Of a stretch of DNA of 64,000 bases, positions 1-11,920 are shown piece by piece. Below the pieces are notes generated by a model. That model had not been told where the DNA came from. It saw only the letters and a list, made by a program, of their open reading frames with translations, and searched no databases. Made by a program: the position numbers and the translations under genes. Positions within the stretch are counted from its first letter, which is position 1, and each line of letters opens with the position of its first letter. This stretch comes from Bacillota bacterium (GTDB taxonomy: Bacteria; Bacillota; Clostridia; Acetivibrionales; DSM-1351): assembly GCA_023393115.1 (NCBI GenBank), contig JAEWMS010000066.1, forward strand, positions 48,369-112,368, given 5' to 3'.

Positions 1-1
1 A

Positions 2-79
2 AAGAATGCATTGACCACCGAGGAAGTGAGAAAATTTATTGAAGAGAAATATAAAGGTGCTGTAATCCCTGCTTTCTAG
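2..79 (+). CDS. C-terminal fragment of MetQ/NlpA-family ABC substrate-binding lipoprotein (5' outside window)
   Basis: Frame 2 reads KNALTTEEVRKFIEEKYKGAVIPAF*, the typical MetQ C-terminus. Confidence 0.8.
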   Translation, partial: KNALTTEEVRKFIEEKYKGAVIPAF

Positions 80-99
80 TCAGGAGTCGGGAGGTTAAT

Positions 100-438
100 A
101 TGAGTCAAAGAATTGCCATAGCAAGTAGTGATGGTGTAAATATCGACCTTCACTTTGCAAGAGCATCGGGTTTTTACATATATGAGATCATCGATGAGAG
201 CTCTGAATATATCGAGTATAGGGTAAATGATGCTACTTTAAGTAAACATGATGAAAATGAGTTCGAAAGAACGCTGAAAAACCTTTCGGATTGTAAAGCA
301 ATAATAGTAAGTCAGGTTGGATTAAATGCATTGGGCTTTATCCAATCCAGAGGCTTCAGGGTTTTCGAAGCACCCTACAGGATTGAAAGTGTACTTGAGA
401 GGTTTATAGAAAAAGATATTTTGAACAGAAATTTGTAA
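100..438 (+). CDS. NifB/NifX-family (dinitrogenase Fe-Mo cofactor-binding domain) protein
   Basis: RIAIASSDGVNIDLHFARA...DCKAIIVSQVG motif; GGAGG RBS. Confidence 0.8.
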   Translation: MSQRIAIASSDGVNIDLHFARASGFYIYEIIDESSEYIEYRVNDATLSKHDENEFERTLKNLSDCKAIIVSQVGLNALGFIQSRGFRVFEAPYRIESVLERFIEKDILNRNL

Positions 439-466
439 TGCTGCAAAGCAGCAGACCGGAGGTTTT

Positions 467-1129
<663 letters not shown>

Positions 1130-1215
1130 CAAAATTAAGTGAGAATTAGTTTACAAAGAGATAAATCAAATTAATAACAATAATGATTAATACAAAACTT
1201 GTTGACTGGAAAACC

Positions 1216-1247
1216 AGAGACTGTATTTTATTACAGTCTCTTTTTTT
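1216..1247 (+). terminator. Intrinsic terminator-like hairpin
   Basis: agagactgta-ttttat-tacagtctct followed by T run. Confidence 0.7.
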
Positions 1248-1276
1248 AATCAAAATAGAATGAGAGAGGTGTATTT

Positions 1277-2602
1277 ATGGGAGTTTCAGATTTAAGTTTT
1301 GATACTTTGAAGGTTAGAGCAGGCTATAATCCAAAAGAACATAATTTTTCAGTTCAGGTTCCGGTGTATCAGACTGCTTCCTTTGATCTTGGTGACACTG
1401 ACAGGGCAGGCAGATTGTTCAGTTTTTCAGAGTTTGGATATCTATATACCAGAGTGGGAAATCCTACTGTAGATGTTCTGGAAAAAAGAGTTGCAGCACT
1501 TGATGGTGCATCGGCCGCAATTGCTGTTGGTTCAGGTATGGCTGCTGTAACCTATTCATTGTTTAACGTAGCTGAGGGCGGAGGAAGAGTACTTACTACC
1601 GCTCAGGTATATGGTGGAACCTTTGATAGCTTTAAAAAGATTTATCCAAATTTCAATATTGAAATTGATCAGGTAAAGGAAATTGATAATCTTGAGGAAT
1701 GGAGAAGTAAGATAACGCCCGATACCAAGGCAATATTTGTTGAAACCATAAGCAATCCAAATGCCGCTATTGCTGATATTGAGGCTCTTGCTGAGATCGC
1801 ACATGACAATGATATCCCCCTTATAGTTGACAATACCTTTGCCACACCGTACTTATTAAATCCCATTAAATATGGAGCTGATATTGTTATCTATTCTGCA
1901 ACAAAAGCTCTGAACGGGCATGGTAATGCCATTGCAGGATTGATTCTTGAAAGCGGAAAGTTTAACTGGGCCAATGGAAAATTTCCGCAGTTTACAGAAC
2001 CTGTCTATATGTTCAGAGATGCGAAGGGAAAAGAAAGAAGCTTCGTGGAAGCATTTGGGCCAGCCGCCTTTACAACCAGAGTCCGTATGAATTATCTTGC
2101 ATACTTTGGTGCAGCACTGGGGCCCTTTGATGCGTATCTAGCCTTAGTGGGACTAGAAACATTATCTGAACGGGTACAAAAGCAGGTGTCCAATGCAGAA
2201 AAAATAATTAATTTCCTCGAATCCAGAGAAGAAGTAGCCTGGGTAAATCATCCTGCCGCCAAAGACAGCAAATACAAGCTGTTGGCACAAAAATATCTGC
2301 CTAAAGGTGCTGGTGCCATATTTACCTTTGGCTTGAAGGCAACAGAAGAACAAATAAATACTTTTATAGATTCAACAAGCATATTCAGTTATCACGCAAA
2401 TGTTGGAGACGCAAGATCCCTTATAATTAATTCGCCAAAAACAACTCATGGAGAGCTTACCCTTGAGGAACTGAAGTTTGCAGAGATTCCTCCCGAAACA
2501 CTTCGTTTGTCAATTGGTATAGAGGATGCCAATGATCTGATAAATGATCTTGAAAAGGCCTTTAAAAATACATTCTCAAGTAAATCAGAGGATGTGGCCT
2601 GA
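1277..2602 (+). CDS. metY: O-acetylhomoserine aminocarboxypropyltransferase (sulfhydrylase)
   Basis: YTRVGNPT, GSGMAA, DNTFATPYL, YSATK PLP lysine, ANVGDARSL. Confidence 0.85.
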   Translation: MGVSDLSFDTLKVRAGYNPKEHNFSVQVPVYQTASFDLGDTDRAGRLFSFSEFGYLYTRVGNPTVDVLEKRVAALDGASAAIAVGSGMAAVTYSLFNVAEGGGRVLTTAQVYGGTFDSFKKIYPNFNIEIDQVKEIDNLEEWRSKITPDTKAIFVETISNPNAAIADIEALAEIAHDNDIPLIVDNTFATPYLLNPIKYGADIVIYSATKALNGHGNAIAGLILESGKFNWANGKFPQFTEPVYMFRDAKGKERSFVEAFGPAAFTTRVRMNYLAYFGAALGPFDAYLALVGLETLSERVQKQVSNAEKIINFLESREEVAWVNHPAAKDSKYKLLAQKYLPKGAGAIFTFGLKATEEQINTFIDSTSIFSYHANVGDARSLIINSPKTTHGELTLEELKFAEIPPETLRLSIGIEDANDLINDLEKAFKNTFSSKSEDVA

Positions 2603-2698
2603 CTTTAGCATACCTATAATAACATTTTTAAATAAAAAATTTAAACTGCATGTGCTTGATAGGGAACTTATTATCACATGTAAAAAATGGAGGTTAAA

Positions 2699-3802
2699 AT
2701 GCAAAAAACAAAAAGAATTTCTGTAGGAATTTCAGTAAAGCCGTTAATATTGGCTATATCTCTTTTAATCGGACTCACGGCCTGCGGCAGTACAGATAAT
2801 GCGGTCGGGAGCACTCAGGGTTCAACAGTTTCCTCAAGTGCAGAAGTATCTAGTGCAGCTGCTTCAAGTTCAACTGCAGCAGATAAATCGGGTTCAAATA
2901 AGGATTTCAAATTCGGAAAGCTAAAGATTCAGGCACTGGGAGGTGGAGCCTGCGGTGCACCGTCCTATATTGCCCTGGAAAAAGGCTTCTTTGCCGAGGA
3001 AGGTTTGGATGTGGAACTGGTCAGTGGTACACTGGATCAACTCAAAACAGGTTTGGTAACGGGAGAGTTTACGGTAACAAACGGAGACTTTCAATACTTC
3101 CCGTCAATCCAGCAGGGAATGGACTTGAAGATAATCGGAGGCTTACATAAGGGTTGTATAAGATTGGTAGTTCCCCCAAATTCACCAATCAAAACAGCGA
3201 AGGATCTGAAGGGAAAGAAAATTGGTGTCGACGAAATCGGTGGAACTCCAATGTCTGTAGCCACAATAGTGCTGGCCAATGCAGGGATAGACCCTCAAAC
3301 AGAAGTAACCTGGTTGCCATATCCGCTGGATCAATTGACTCAGGCTGTAAAAAAAGGTGAAATAGACGCATTTGCTGCATGGGATCCCTATGGAGTACTT
3401 GCCGAGAAGAATGAAGGATATACATCACTTTCCGATATATCCACCGATCCGCTGTTTGCAGGTAAAAGCTGCTGCTTCCTGTATGCATCAAAGAAACAGA
3501 TTGATGAAAATCCTGAAAGAGTAGCTGCCATAGCAAGAGCCTATAAAAAGGCAACTGAATGGATAAAGGCAAATCCTGAGGAAACAGCAAAGATAGAAAT
3601 TGAGAAGAAATACGTCGCAACTGACGATCTTAAGCTTCTTACTGAGTTGATTAAATCCTATGATTATGAGTACACAACAGCTAATGCATATGACGACACT
3701 AAATATTTTGTTGAACAGTTTAACAAAACAGGCTTCCTGAAAAAGGACACAGATCCCAAAAGCTTTGCAGATCAGGTATTCTATGACATTCTAAATAAAT
3801 AA
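2699..3802 (+). CDS. SsuA/TauA/NMT1-like ABC substrate-binding lipoprotein
   Basis: Lipobox LTAC, Ser/Ala linker, EKGFFAEEGLDVELV, DLKGKKIGV, WDPY; start at ATG 2699 after GGAGG. Confidence 0.85.
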   Translation: MQKTKRISVGISVKPLILAISLLIGLTACGSTDNAVGSTQGSTVSSSAEVSSAAASSSTAADKSGSNKDFKFGKLKIQALGGGACGAPSYIALEKGFFAEEGLDVELVSGTLDQLKTGLVTGEFTVTNGDFQYFPSIQQGMDLKIIGGLHKGCIRLVVPPNSPIKTAKDLKGKKIGVDEIGGTPMSVATIVLANAGIDPQTEVTWLPYPLDQLTQAVKKGEIDAFAAWDPYGVLAEKNEGYTSLSDISTDPLFAGKSCCFLYASKKQIDENPERVAAIARAYKKATEWIKANPEETAKIEIEKKYVATDDLKLLTELIKSYDYEYTTANAYDDTKYFVEQFNKTGFLKKDTDPKSFADQVFYDILNK

Positions 3803-3821
3803 AAAGCTTTGAGAGGTTAAT

Positions 3822-4865
3822 ATGAAAGAAGAAAATGCTAAAGAACTTCCGGCTTTACATGCCAGAGAACTGTCAACAAATAAAACAAATATTGAACCAA
3901 AAATCAATACTGATGTATATTGGAAAAAAACATCCGCTATCTGGCCAATCCTCCAGATAGCATCCTATACTGCAGCATTACTGGTAAGTTTGTTATTACC
4001 GATAAAACAAATTGTAGATGTTATACCTTACCGTATCTTTTTAGTATTGGTTATTATGTTTTTAACTGTAAGGAGTATATATTCACTGTTTAATACCAGA
4101 CTTCGTGTTGTAAATTGCCATAAGTCCCAGTTTTATTTTGCTGTTGGCTTGATTCTCACCCTGTGGGATATTCTGACAACCAAAACAAACTACCTGCCGT
4201 TGCCTTTCTTTCCGAGTCTCGCACAGATTCTTCAGGTAATGGTAGAGGATTCCTATACCTTGCTTATCAGCACATTACACTCAATGAGATTACTTGTTTT
4301 AGGCTTTACAACCGGTACTACACTGGGCCTGGTATCAGGGGTTTTGATAGGCTGGTACAGGCAATGGAACTACTGGTTGTTCCCTGTAATAAAAGTAATG
4401 GGTGTTATACCTGCAACGGCTTGGATTCCAATAGCTATGTTTATTTTTCCTTCAAGCTTCTACGCTCAGATATTCCTTATAGTCCTCTGCGTTTGGTTTC
4501 CTGTTGCGTATATGGCCTGCGGAGGAATTGCAAACATTCAAAAGTCCTATTTTGAAGCGGCCAGAACATTAGGTGCTGATGAGAAATTCCTGATATTTAA
4601 AGTGGCAATACCCGGAGCAATGCCTTCCATTTTCACTGGAATTTACACAGGCACGGGTGTATCCTTTGCAACGCTGGTGGTATCCGAAATAATTGGAGCA
4701 AAAGCCGGGTTGGGCTGGTACATCAACTGGGCAAAAAGCTGGTCAAATTATGCAAAGGTCTATGCGTCCATAATAGTAATGGCTATAGTTTTTTCAATTG
4801 TTATGGCTTTAATTTTCAGAATAAGGGACAGAATTCTAGTCTGGCAGAAGGGGTTGTTGAAATGA
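3822..4865 (+). CDS. ABC permease (SsuC/TauC-like) with N-terminal membrane extension
   Basis: EAARTLGA EAA loop, GLGWYI, multiple TM segments. Confidence 0.85.
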   Translation: MKEENAKELPALHARELSTNKTNIEPKINTDVYWKKTSAIWPILQIASYTAALLVSLLLPIKQIVDVIPYRIFLVLVIMFLTVRSIYSLFNTRLRVVNCHKSQFYFAVGLILTLWDILTTKTNYLPLPFFPSLAQILQVMVEDSYTLLISTLHSMRLLVLGFTTGTTLGLVSGVLIGWYRQWNYWLFPVIKVMGVIPATAWIPIAMFIFPSSFYAQIFLIVLCVWFPVAYMACGGIANIQKSYFEAARTLGADEKFLIFKVAIPGAMPSIFTGIYTGTGVSFATLVVSEIIGAKAGLGWYINWAKSWSNYAKVYASIIVMAIVFSIVMALIFRIRDRILVWQKGLLK

Positions 4866-5662
4866 ACACAGAGAGCTTACCAAAATCAGGCTATATATCA
4901 ATAAATAATATAAACAGAGTATATACCGATGCCAACGGCTACGAAACAGAAGCACTACAAAATATCAATATCGATATCAAACCCGGTGAATTTGTATCGC
5001 TAATAGGCCCATCAGGATGTGGGAAGACTACACTTCTCAGATTGATCGCCGGTTTGGATCAGGCCCAGAAAGGGCAGATAACTTTGGATGGAGAGCCAGT
5101 ATCAGGTACTCACTATGAACGGGGTTATGTGTTTCAGCAAGCTAATCTTTTTCCCTGGGAAACCGTTGAAAACAATATATCAGCAGGATTGAAGGCACGG
5201 AAAATATACAAGGAAAAGAAGCATGAGGTTTCACACTTCATAGAACTGGCAGGTCTGACCGGTTTTGAAAAATCTTATCCCCATCAGTTGTCCGGTGGTA
5301 TGGCTCAGAGAGCCTCCTTGGCTCGTGCCCTTATTAATGACCCAAAGGTACTATTGTTGGATGAACCTTTAGGGGCATTGGATTCCTTTACCCGTTTTGA
5401 TTTGCAGGAGAAAATTCATGAACTGTGGTTCACGAGAGGTACTACTACAATCCTGGTGACCCATGATGTGGATGAAGCTGTTTATCTCAGTGACAGGATT
5501 GTAATTATGACTCCGAGACCGGGAAAGATTGAGAATATTTTGGATGTAAAACTGAAAAGACCCAGAGCCAGAAACAGCGAGGAATTTATGGCTTTGCGTA
5601 CGGAAATACTTGAAAGACTTCATTTGGTAAGCAGCAAAGCACCTCTGGATTATTATTTGTAG
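4862..5662 (+). CDS. ABC ATP-binding protein (SsuB/TauB-like)
   Basis: GPSGCGKT, LSGGMAQR, LLLDEP, VTHD. Confidence 0.9.
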   Translation: MNTESLPKSGYISINNINRVYTDANGYETEALQNINIDIKPGEFVSLIGPSGCGKTTLLRLIAGLDQAQKGQITLDGEPVSGTHYERGYVFQQANLFPWETVENNISAGLKARKIYKEKKHEVSHFIELAGLTGFEKSYPHQLSGGMAQRASLARALINDPKVLLLDEPLGALDSFTRFDLQEKIHELWFTRGTTTILVTHDVDEAVYLSDRIVIMTPRPGKIENILDVKLKRPRARNSEEFMALRTEILERLHLVSSKAPLDYYL

Positions 5663-5726
5663 TCAGCGTTGACTTATAAATGAAGTTGATATAGTTGTAA
5701 TACATTTGATTTCAGGGGGGCAACAA

Positions 5727-6773
5727 ATGGAGCATTTATCACATATCTTTACACTATTTACAAAGCTAATTAACCTGGAATACCTGCCTGATTTAGGAAG
5801 CAAGGTCAGCCTTGGGCTAATATTCGTGTTTGGTTTGCTTACCTCAATTCATTGTATTGCAATGTGCGGAGGCCTGGTAATAACTAATAGCGTCAACAAA
5901 AAAGGATTTGCGCCAAATATTATTTATAATTGCGGAAGAATTGCCTCATATTCCATTATAGGCGGAATCGCAGGGGGAATAGGTAAGGTTGTCAGCCCAA
6001 ATGGTATGTGGAAAGGAATAATTCCTCTGATAGGTGGGATTTTTATGATTCTGTTGGCAGTCAAACTGTTGAATGTGTTTCCGGCATTACGGAAATTCAA
6101 TATCAGACTCCCGTCATTTATAGCTAAGAGAATCTTTGCAGGTAAATTCAGAAGTCATTTGGTTATAGGCTTACTTAGCGGCTTTATGCCATGCGGACCT
6201 CTGCAAATGATACAGTTGTATGCGCTGGGAACAGCAAGTATTTTAATGGGTGCAGTTGCTTCATTTGTTTTTGCACTGGGAACAGTACCTTTGCTGTTAA
6301 CCTTCGGGTTTATTAATTCAGCATTATATAAGAAGCATGCAAGAATCATCTCAGCTATAAGTGCTGCAATTGTACTGGTTTTAGGTTTTGCCATGTTAGG
6401 CAGAGGACTGGCACTCTATGGAGTAGACGTAGGCCTCCCTTCTTTTAATAAGTCCGGGTATACACAGAATAACGGTAAAACGGCACAGACAGTTGCGCTT
6501 ACTGATACAGTACAGGAAATCGAATCAGAAATAAAAGCTGATGAATATCCTGTAATCATTGTTAAGAAAGGCGTGAAAGTTAAGTGGAATTTAAAGGCCA
6601 CTGAAGAAACCCTAAATTATTGTAACAATGAAATAACTATTCCTGATTTAAAAATTCAAAAAAAACTAAGCCCGGGCGATAACATTATTGAATTTACTCC
6701 AGTTGAAACAGGTGATATTGTCTACACCTGCTGGATGGGAATGATAAAAAGCCGGATAAAGGTAATTGGTTGA
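5727..6773 (+). CDS. DsbD_2/TauE-like membrane protein with C-terminal cupredoxin-like domain
   Basis: HCIAMCG, GFMPCG, C-terminal CNNEI...YTCWMGM. Confidence 0.8.
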   Translation: MEHLSHIFTLFTKLINLEYLPDLGSKVSLGLIFVFGLLTSIHCIAMCGGLVITNSVNKKGFAPNIIYNCGRIASYSIIGGIAGGIGKVVSPNGMWKGIIPLIGGIFMILLAVKLLNVFPALRKFNIRLPSFIAKRIFAGKFRSHLVIGLLSGFMPCGPLQMIQLYALGTASILMGAVASFVFALGTVPLLLTFGFINSALYKKHARIISAISAAIVLVLGFAMLGRGLALYGVDVGLPSFNKSGYTQNNGKTAQTVALTDTVQEIESEIKADEYPVIIVKKGVKVKWNLKATEETLNYCNNEITIPDLKIQKKLSPGDNIIEFTPVETGDIVYTCWMGMIKSRIKVIG

Positions 6774-6825
6774 TCCGGGAATTAAACTATATACCGCAAG
6801 TGATAGCGGTGGAATGGAGCGAAAA

Positions 6826-7470
6826 ATGATAAGAAACAAGTTTTCAATTTTTTTGGTGCTGATACTGATATTTTCATTTACAAACATTGTATATACAGGA
6901 AACATCAGTGCAGCATCCAACCATAGTACAACAAAAAAGAAGGATGTAAGTAGTACATATAAAGGGATATTAAAAACAAAAAATAAAAAGTACGGAATTG
7001 AGATTAAAAACAGTGATGGAACTAAAAAGTATTATGCTTTTGATACAAAGGGACAACAGCTTGCCAAAGGGCTTGTATCTTCCTCAAAAATTAAAGAAGG
7101 AACTGCTATCAGTGTCAAGGGTACAATAAAGAACAATGTCCTTCAGGTTAAGTCTATCTCCGATGATACTGTTAAAGAGCAAACCTTTAACGGCTGGCTT
7201 GGTGATACCGATTGCAGTCCAAATCGGGAGGACCCTACAAAAATGGGTGCTGATTGTCTGAACTGCCCCCATTGCGAAGCCAGCGGGTATGGGATATCTA
7301 TAAAACAAAAGGATGGGAGCTATATATACTATAAATTTGATGCTAATGGGCATAAGCTAGCCAAAGATAACATTTTACCTAAAATAACAACTGAAAAAGT
7401 GCCTGAGATAACAGTGAAAGGAATTCTTGAAGGGGATATTATCAAAGTTAGCTCAATAACATTAAAGTAA
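6826..7470 (+). CDS. Secreted hypothetical protein with two internal repeats, the second Cys-rich
   Basis: Signal-peptide-like N-terminus; repeats YGIxIKxxDG..YYxFDxxGxxLAK; DC...CLNCPHC. Confidence 0.65.
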   Translation: MIRNKFSIFLVLILIFSFTNIVYTGNISAASNHSTTKKKDVSSTYKGILKTKNKKYGIEIKNSDGTKKYYAFDTKGQQLAKGLVSSSKIKEGTAISVKGTIKNNVLQVKSISDDTVKEQTFNGWLGDTDCSPNREDPTKMGADCLNCPHCEASGYGISIKQKDGSYIYYKFDANGHKLAKDNILPKITTEKVPEITVKGILEGDIIKVSSITLK

Positions 7471-7523
7471 TTCAATATAAATTTTAAACCATAGTAAATT
7501 AATACATGATATAGGCATAGGAC

Positions 7524-7573
7524 AAACACCTTATATGATTAGATCTATAACTGGTCTGATATATAAGGTGTTT
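7524..7573. terminator. Long inverted repeat, likely terminator
   Basis: aaacaccttatat...atataaggtgttt. Confidence 0.6.
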
Positions 7574-7665
7574 ATTTATTAAAAAATTGGTTATGTTTAA
7601 CAAAATAATTCAGGAAACTATTGACATACTTTTAACCACATGGTAATATTTCAATAACTTACAAA

Positions 7666-7773
7666 ACATATAAGAATGGTATGTGAAATTTATTCATACA
7701 TATAAATGGTTATTTACTAAATTAGCAGCTCGGATATTATTTTTTTAAGTAATAACATATTATTATGATATGA
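7666..7773 (+). promoter_or_regulatory. Two ACATA-N9-TATG(T/A) boxes downstream of a TTGACA element, upstream of sbp
   Basis: 7666-7684 acata-taagaatgg-tatgt; 7755-7773 acata-ttattatga-tatga; TTGACA at 7621. Confidence 0.4.
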
Positions 7774-7816
7774 ATACTAATATTATATATTAACTAAAAT
7801 AAAGGAGAGAACAGTT

Positions 7817-8902
7817 ATGGCAAAAAGAAAATTTACAAGGTTTGCATTAGTGATCTTAAGTCTGGTATTATCTATATCGGTTTTGGCTGGTTGCGGTGAC
7901 AGCGGCTCAAATGCCACCTCGGCATCTGGCAATACAGTATCAGGCAGAGAGGTTGACAGCAGTAAACCTGTTACACTCTTAAACGTATCCTATGATCCGA
8001 CCCGTGAGCTTTACCAGGCATATAATGAAGCCTTCACAAAATACTGGAAGGACAAAACAGGACAGGATGTTACAGTTCAGCAGTCTCATGGAGGGTCAGG
8101 AAGTCAAGCTAGAACTGTTATTGATGGAAATGAAGCTGATGTAGTTACACTGGCACTTGCATATGATATTGACTCAATCAATAAAAACAAAGAAATAATT
8201 AACAAGGAATGGCAAAAGCGTTTACCAAACAACTCAACACCTTACACTTCAACTATAGTATTCCTGGTCAGAAAAGGTAATCCAAAAAACATAAAGGACT
8301 GGGATGATCTGATCAAGCCTGGAATCCAGGTAATTACACCAAATCCTAAAACTTCAGGTGGAGCACGTTGGAATTATCTTGCGGCCTGGGGATATTCACT
8401 GAAAAAGACCAATAATGATCAGGAGAAGGCCAAGGAATTTGTAAAAGCTCTTTTTGCAAATGTTCCTGTGTTGGATTCAGGAGCACGCGGCTCAACAACC
8501 ACCTTTGTTGAACGTGGCCTTGGTGATGTGTTGATTGCATGGGAAAACGAAGCCTTCCTTTCAATAAATGAGCTTGGTAAGGATAAATTTGAAATAGTTG
8601 TACCATCAATAAGCATACTGGCTGAACCACCTGTCTCTGTAGTTGATTCGATTGTTGATAAAAAAGGAACCCGAAAGGTCGCCGAGGCTTATCTGGAGTA
8701 TCTCTACAGTGATGAGGGGCAGGAAATAGCAGCTAAAAATTACTACAGGCCAAGAAATGAAACTGTAGCAAAGAAGTTTGAAAGTCAGTTCCCAAAGATA
8801 AATCTCTTTACCATTGACGAAGAATTTGGTGGCTGGGCAAAAGCACAGAAGGAACACTTCGATGATGGGGGAGTATTTGATCAGATTTACGTAAAAAAAT
8901 AA
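7817..8902 (+). CDS. sbp: Sulfate ABC transporter substrate-binding lipoprotein
   Basis: LAGC lipobox; [35 protein letters not shown]. Confidence 0.95.
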   Translation: MAKRKFTRFALVILSLVLSISVLAGCGDSGSNATSASGNTVSGREVDSSKPVTLLNVSYDPTRELYQAYNEAFTKYWKDKTGQDVTVQQSHGGSGSQARTVIDGNEADVVTLALAYDIDSINKNKEIINKEWQKRLPNNSTPYTSTIVFLVRKGNPKNIKDWDDLIKPGIQVITPNPKTSGGARWNYLAAWGYSLKKTNNDQEKAKEFVKALFANVPVLDSGARGSTTTFVERGLGDVLIAWENEAFLSINELGKDKFEIVVPSISILAEPPVSVVDSIVDKKGTRKVAEAYLEYLYSDEGQEIAAKNYYRPRNETVAKKFESQFPKINLFTIDEEFGGWAKAQKEHFDDGGVFDQIYVKK

Positions 8903-8912
8903 TACATAAAGA

Positions 8913-8944
8913 ACCGTACCGGAACCTGAGGGTTCCGATACGGT
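8913..8944 (+). promoter_or_regulatory. Intergenic stem-loop without U tract (probable mRNA stabiliser)
   Basis: accgtaccggaacc-tgag-ggttccgatacggt between sbp and cysT. Confidence 0.55.
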
Positions 8945-8965
8945 AATCAAATCCGAGGTGAATTC

Positions 8966-9814
8966 ATGAATCTGACAATTAAGCCGTTAAAATTAAGGCA
9001 ACAAAGCGTAATACCAGGATTCGGGCTGACCATGGGATTAACTATATTTTACATAACACTACTAATTTTAATCCCGGTCTCCATGGTATTTATCAATAGT
9101 TCCAGTATAGGACTGGCAAGCTTTTTAGAAATTGCCTCAAGTGAGAGGGTGGTGGCATCCTTAAAGGTATCCTTCAGCACATCGTTTTTAGCCGCAACAA
9201 TAAATGCTGTTTTTGGTCTTCTAATGGCATGGGTACTTGAGAGATACACTTTCCCCGGCAAAAAAATCATTGATGGTTTGATTGATCTTCCCTTTGCTTT
9301 ACCTACAGCAGTTGCAGGTATATCACTAACTACATTGTATGCCCCCAACGGGTGGATAGGGAAATTCTTTGAACCACTTGGTATAAAAATATCCTATACA
9401 CCAATGGGAATTACTATTGCATTGGTATTCATAAGCTTTCCATTTGTAATAAGAACAGTTCAGCCGGTTTTGCAAAGCATCGATACAGAGGTAGAGGAAG
9501 CTGCAGCCTGTCTTGGTGCAAGCAGATTTCAAACCTTTTATAAAGTTATTATTCCTGAGCTGCTTCCGGCGCTTATAACAGGTTTTGCACTTTCCTTTGC
9601 ACGAGCTCTCGGGGAGTATGGTTCTGTAGTCTTTATATCAGGAAATATGCCCATGAGAACTGAGATAACACCACTTTTAATCAGAACAAAGCTTGAACAG
9701 TATGATTATGCCGGAGGAACAGCTGTTGCAGCAATCATGCTCATAATATCATTTTTAATGCTTCTGATAATAAATCTTTTTCAATGGTGGGCAAGTAACA
9801 GGCACAAAGGGTGA
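8966..9814 (+). CDS. cysT: Sulfate ABC permease CysT
   Basis: DLPFALPTAVAG, EEAAACLGA, ARALGEYGSV. Confidence 0.93.
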   Translation: MNLTIKPLKLRQQSVIPGFGLTMGLTIFYITLLILIPVSMVFINSSSIGLASFLEIASSERVVASLKVSFSTSFLAATINAVFGLLMAWVLERYTFPGKKIIDGLIDLPFALPTAVAGISLTTLYAPNGWIGKFFEPLGIKISYTPMGITIALVFISFPFVIRTVQPVLQSIDTEVEEAAACLGASRFQTFYKVIIPELLPALITGFALSFARALGEYGSVVFISGNMPMRTEITPLLIRTKLEQYDYAGGTAVAAIMLIISFLMLLIINLFQWWASNRHKG

Positions 9815-9850
9815 CAAAGGTAAAAAAATTTATTTTATATGGAGGGTATT

Positions 9851-10744
9851 ATGTCAGGTAGCATTCCTATAAATTATGACAAGGCAATAGATGTGGGTAC
9901 AAATCGCCCTGGGCAAGAGAATAAGGCTTTAAAGAATTCGAAAATTGTTAGGATATTACTGACAGCAATAGCACTATTATTCTTTACAGTTATGCTGCTG
10001 GTACCTCTCATTTCAGTTTTCGTTAAAGCCTTTGAACAGGGGACTAAAGTTTATTTAGCCGTTATAAGTGATCCCATAGCTTTATCAGCTATAAAGCTTA
10101 CCTTGCTTACAATTGCAATTGTAGTGCCCATAAATACAGTATTTGGAGTAATAGCTGCATGGGCTGTTGCAAAGTTCAAATTCAAGGGCAAAAACCTGCT
10201 GATAACTGTAATAGATCTACCCTTTGCCATTTCACCGGTAGTAGCCGGCTTGATATTTGTTTTACTTTTCAGTACCAGCCATGGTGTTCTGGCAAATATT
10301 CTGAACGAACTGGGCTTAAAAATAATATTTGCACCGCCGGGCATCATCATTGCAACATTATTTGTTACACTGCCCTTCGTTGCCAGAGAACTGATACCAC
10401 TTATGGAATCCCAGGGTACGGCTGAGGAAGAAGCTGCACTAACATTAGGAGCCAGCGGACTAAAGACTTTTTGGCTCATAACTCTGCCAAACATAAAGTG
10501 GGCGCTTCTATATGGTGTAATGCTGACGGCTGCCAGGTCAGCCGGTGAATTCGGAGCCGTATCCGTTGTTTCGGGACATATCAGAGGCTTAACCAATACT
10601 GTACCATTGCATGTTGAAATTTTGTATAACGAGTATAAGTTTTCTGCTGCCTTTGCAGTAGCCTCACTTTTAACAGTTATAGCCATAATTAACTTAATTA
10701 TTAAGAATATTTCAGACTGGAAAATCAAACAGCAGTTTAAATAA
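9851..10744 (+). CDS. cysW: Sulfate ABC permease CysW
   Basis: [36 protein letters not shown]. Confidence 0.93.
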   Translation: MSGSIPINYDKAIDVGTNRPGQENKALKNSKIVRILLTAIALLFFTVMLLVPLISVFVKAFEQGTKVYLAVISDPIALSAIKLTLLTIAIVVPINTVFGVIAAWAVAKFKFKGKNLLITVIDLPFAISPVVAGLIFVLLFSTSHGVLANILNELGLKIIFAPPGIIIATLFVTLPFVARELIPLMESQGTAEEEAALTLGASGLKTFWLITLPNIKWALLYGVMLTAARSAGEFGAVSVVSGHIRGLTNTVPLHVEILYNEYKFSAAFAVASLLTVIAIINLIIKNISDWKIKQQFK

Positions 10745-10760
10745 TTTGAAGGAGGCTAAT

Positions 10761-11834
10761 ATGAGTATCGAAATTTCCAATATTACAAAGTCTTTTGATT
10801 CCTTTAAAGCACTCAGCAATATTGATCTGAAAATCAATACCGGCGAACTTGTAGCATTGCTGGGACCATCGGGCTCGGGGAAAACAACTCTGCTCAGAAT
10901 CATTGCCGGGCTGGAAACCTCTGACCAGGGCAGTATCATTTTTGACGGTGAGGATAACACCGGTAAGAGTACCCAGGACAGAAAAGTCGGATTTGTTTTT
11001 CAACATTATGCGTTATTCAAACACATGACGGTTTTTGAAAACATTGCCTTCGGCTTAAAGGTAAGACCCTCTAAGCACAGACCAAGTAAGGAAGCCATTG
11101 AAAAGAAAGTTCATGAGCTTCTGGCACTTGTAAAAATGGAGGAACTGGCCAAGCGCTACCCTGCTCAGTTGTCAGGAGGCCAGAGACAGAGGATTGCACT
11201 TGCAAGGGCCTTAGCTGTGGAACCAAAGGTATTGCTGCTGGATGAACCCTTCGGAGCTCTTGATGCCAAAGTTAGAAAAGATCTCAGAAGATGGCTCAGG
11301 AAGCTCCATGATGAATATCCAATTACAAGTGTTTTTGTTACCCATGATCAGGAGGAAGCCCTTGATGTGGCTGACAGAATCGTAATTTTGAATCAAGGCA
11401 AAATAGAACAAATCGGGACTCCTGAGGAAGTTTATGATAACCCTGCGAATCCTTTTGTTTATAACTTCCTGGGTAACGTTAACCTGTTCCACGGGAGAGT
11501 GCACAATGGAAAAATTGAGCTGGGTTCAATAAAACTTGATGCACCCGGACATACCGAAACAGGAGATAGAAATGTCATTAGTTACACAAGACCCCACGAT
11601 ATTGAAATAAGTCTTGAAGCCGGAGAAAACGGGTTTATTGCTGCAAACATAATATTTATCAGGGCTGTAGGTCCCATAGTAAATCTTGAAATGAAGAGGC
11701 TGGATACCGGGGAATACATAGAGGCAGAAATCAGTAAGGAGAACTATAAAAAGCTTATGCTGAAGGAAAAGCAGACAGTTTATGTTAAACCTAAGGACTT
11801 CAAGGTATTTATTCCAGATGACTATATTATCTAA
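10761..11834 (+). CDS. cysA: Sulfate ABC ATP-binding protein CysA
   Basis: [40 protein letters not shown]-like C-terminus. Confidence 0.95.
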   Translation: MSIEISNITKSFDSFKALSNIDLKINTGELVALLGPSGSGKTTLLRIIAGLETSDQGSIIFDGEDNTGKSTQDRKVGFVFQHYALFKHMTVFENIAFGLKVRPSKHRPSKEAIEKKVHELLALVKMEELAKRYPAQLSGGQRQRIALARALAVEPKVLLLDEPFGALDAKVRKDLRRWLRKLHDEYPITSVFVTHDQEEALDVADRIVILNQGKIEQIGTPEEVYDNPANPFVYNFLGNVNLFHGRVHNGKIELGSIKLDAPGHTETGDRNVISYTRPHDIEISLEAGENGFIAANIIFIRAVGPIVNLEMKRLDTGEYIEAEISKENYKKLMLKEKQTVYVKPKDFKVFIPDDYII

Positions 11835-11920
11835 GGTATTGTTATGGATACTTTTGCCTAAAATGGCAATAAGTTGTTTTATTACGTAACATATTTTGTA
11901 AGGTAGGTGCATGGACAATT

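Noticed and set aside
10051..10728. 225-aa antisense ORF opposite cysW (and similar shadow ORFs such as 18538-19146, 28420-28986, 37897-38484)
   Set aside because: Fully overlap confident genes on the other strand and show no recognisable motifs
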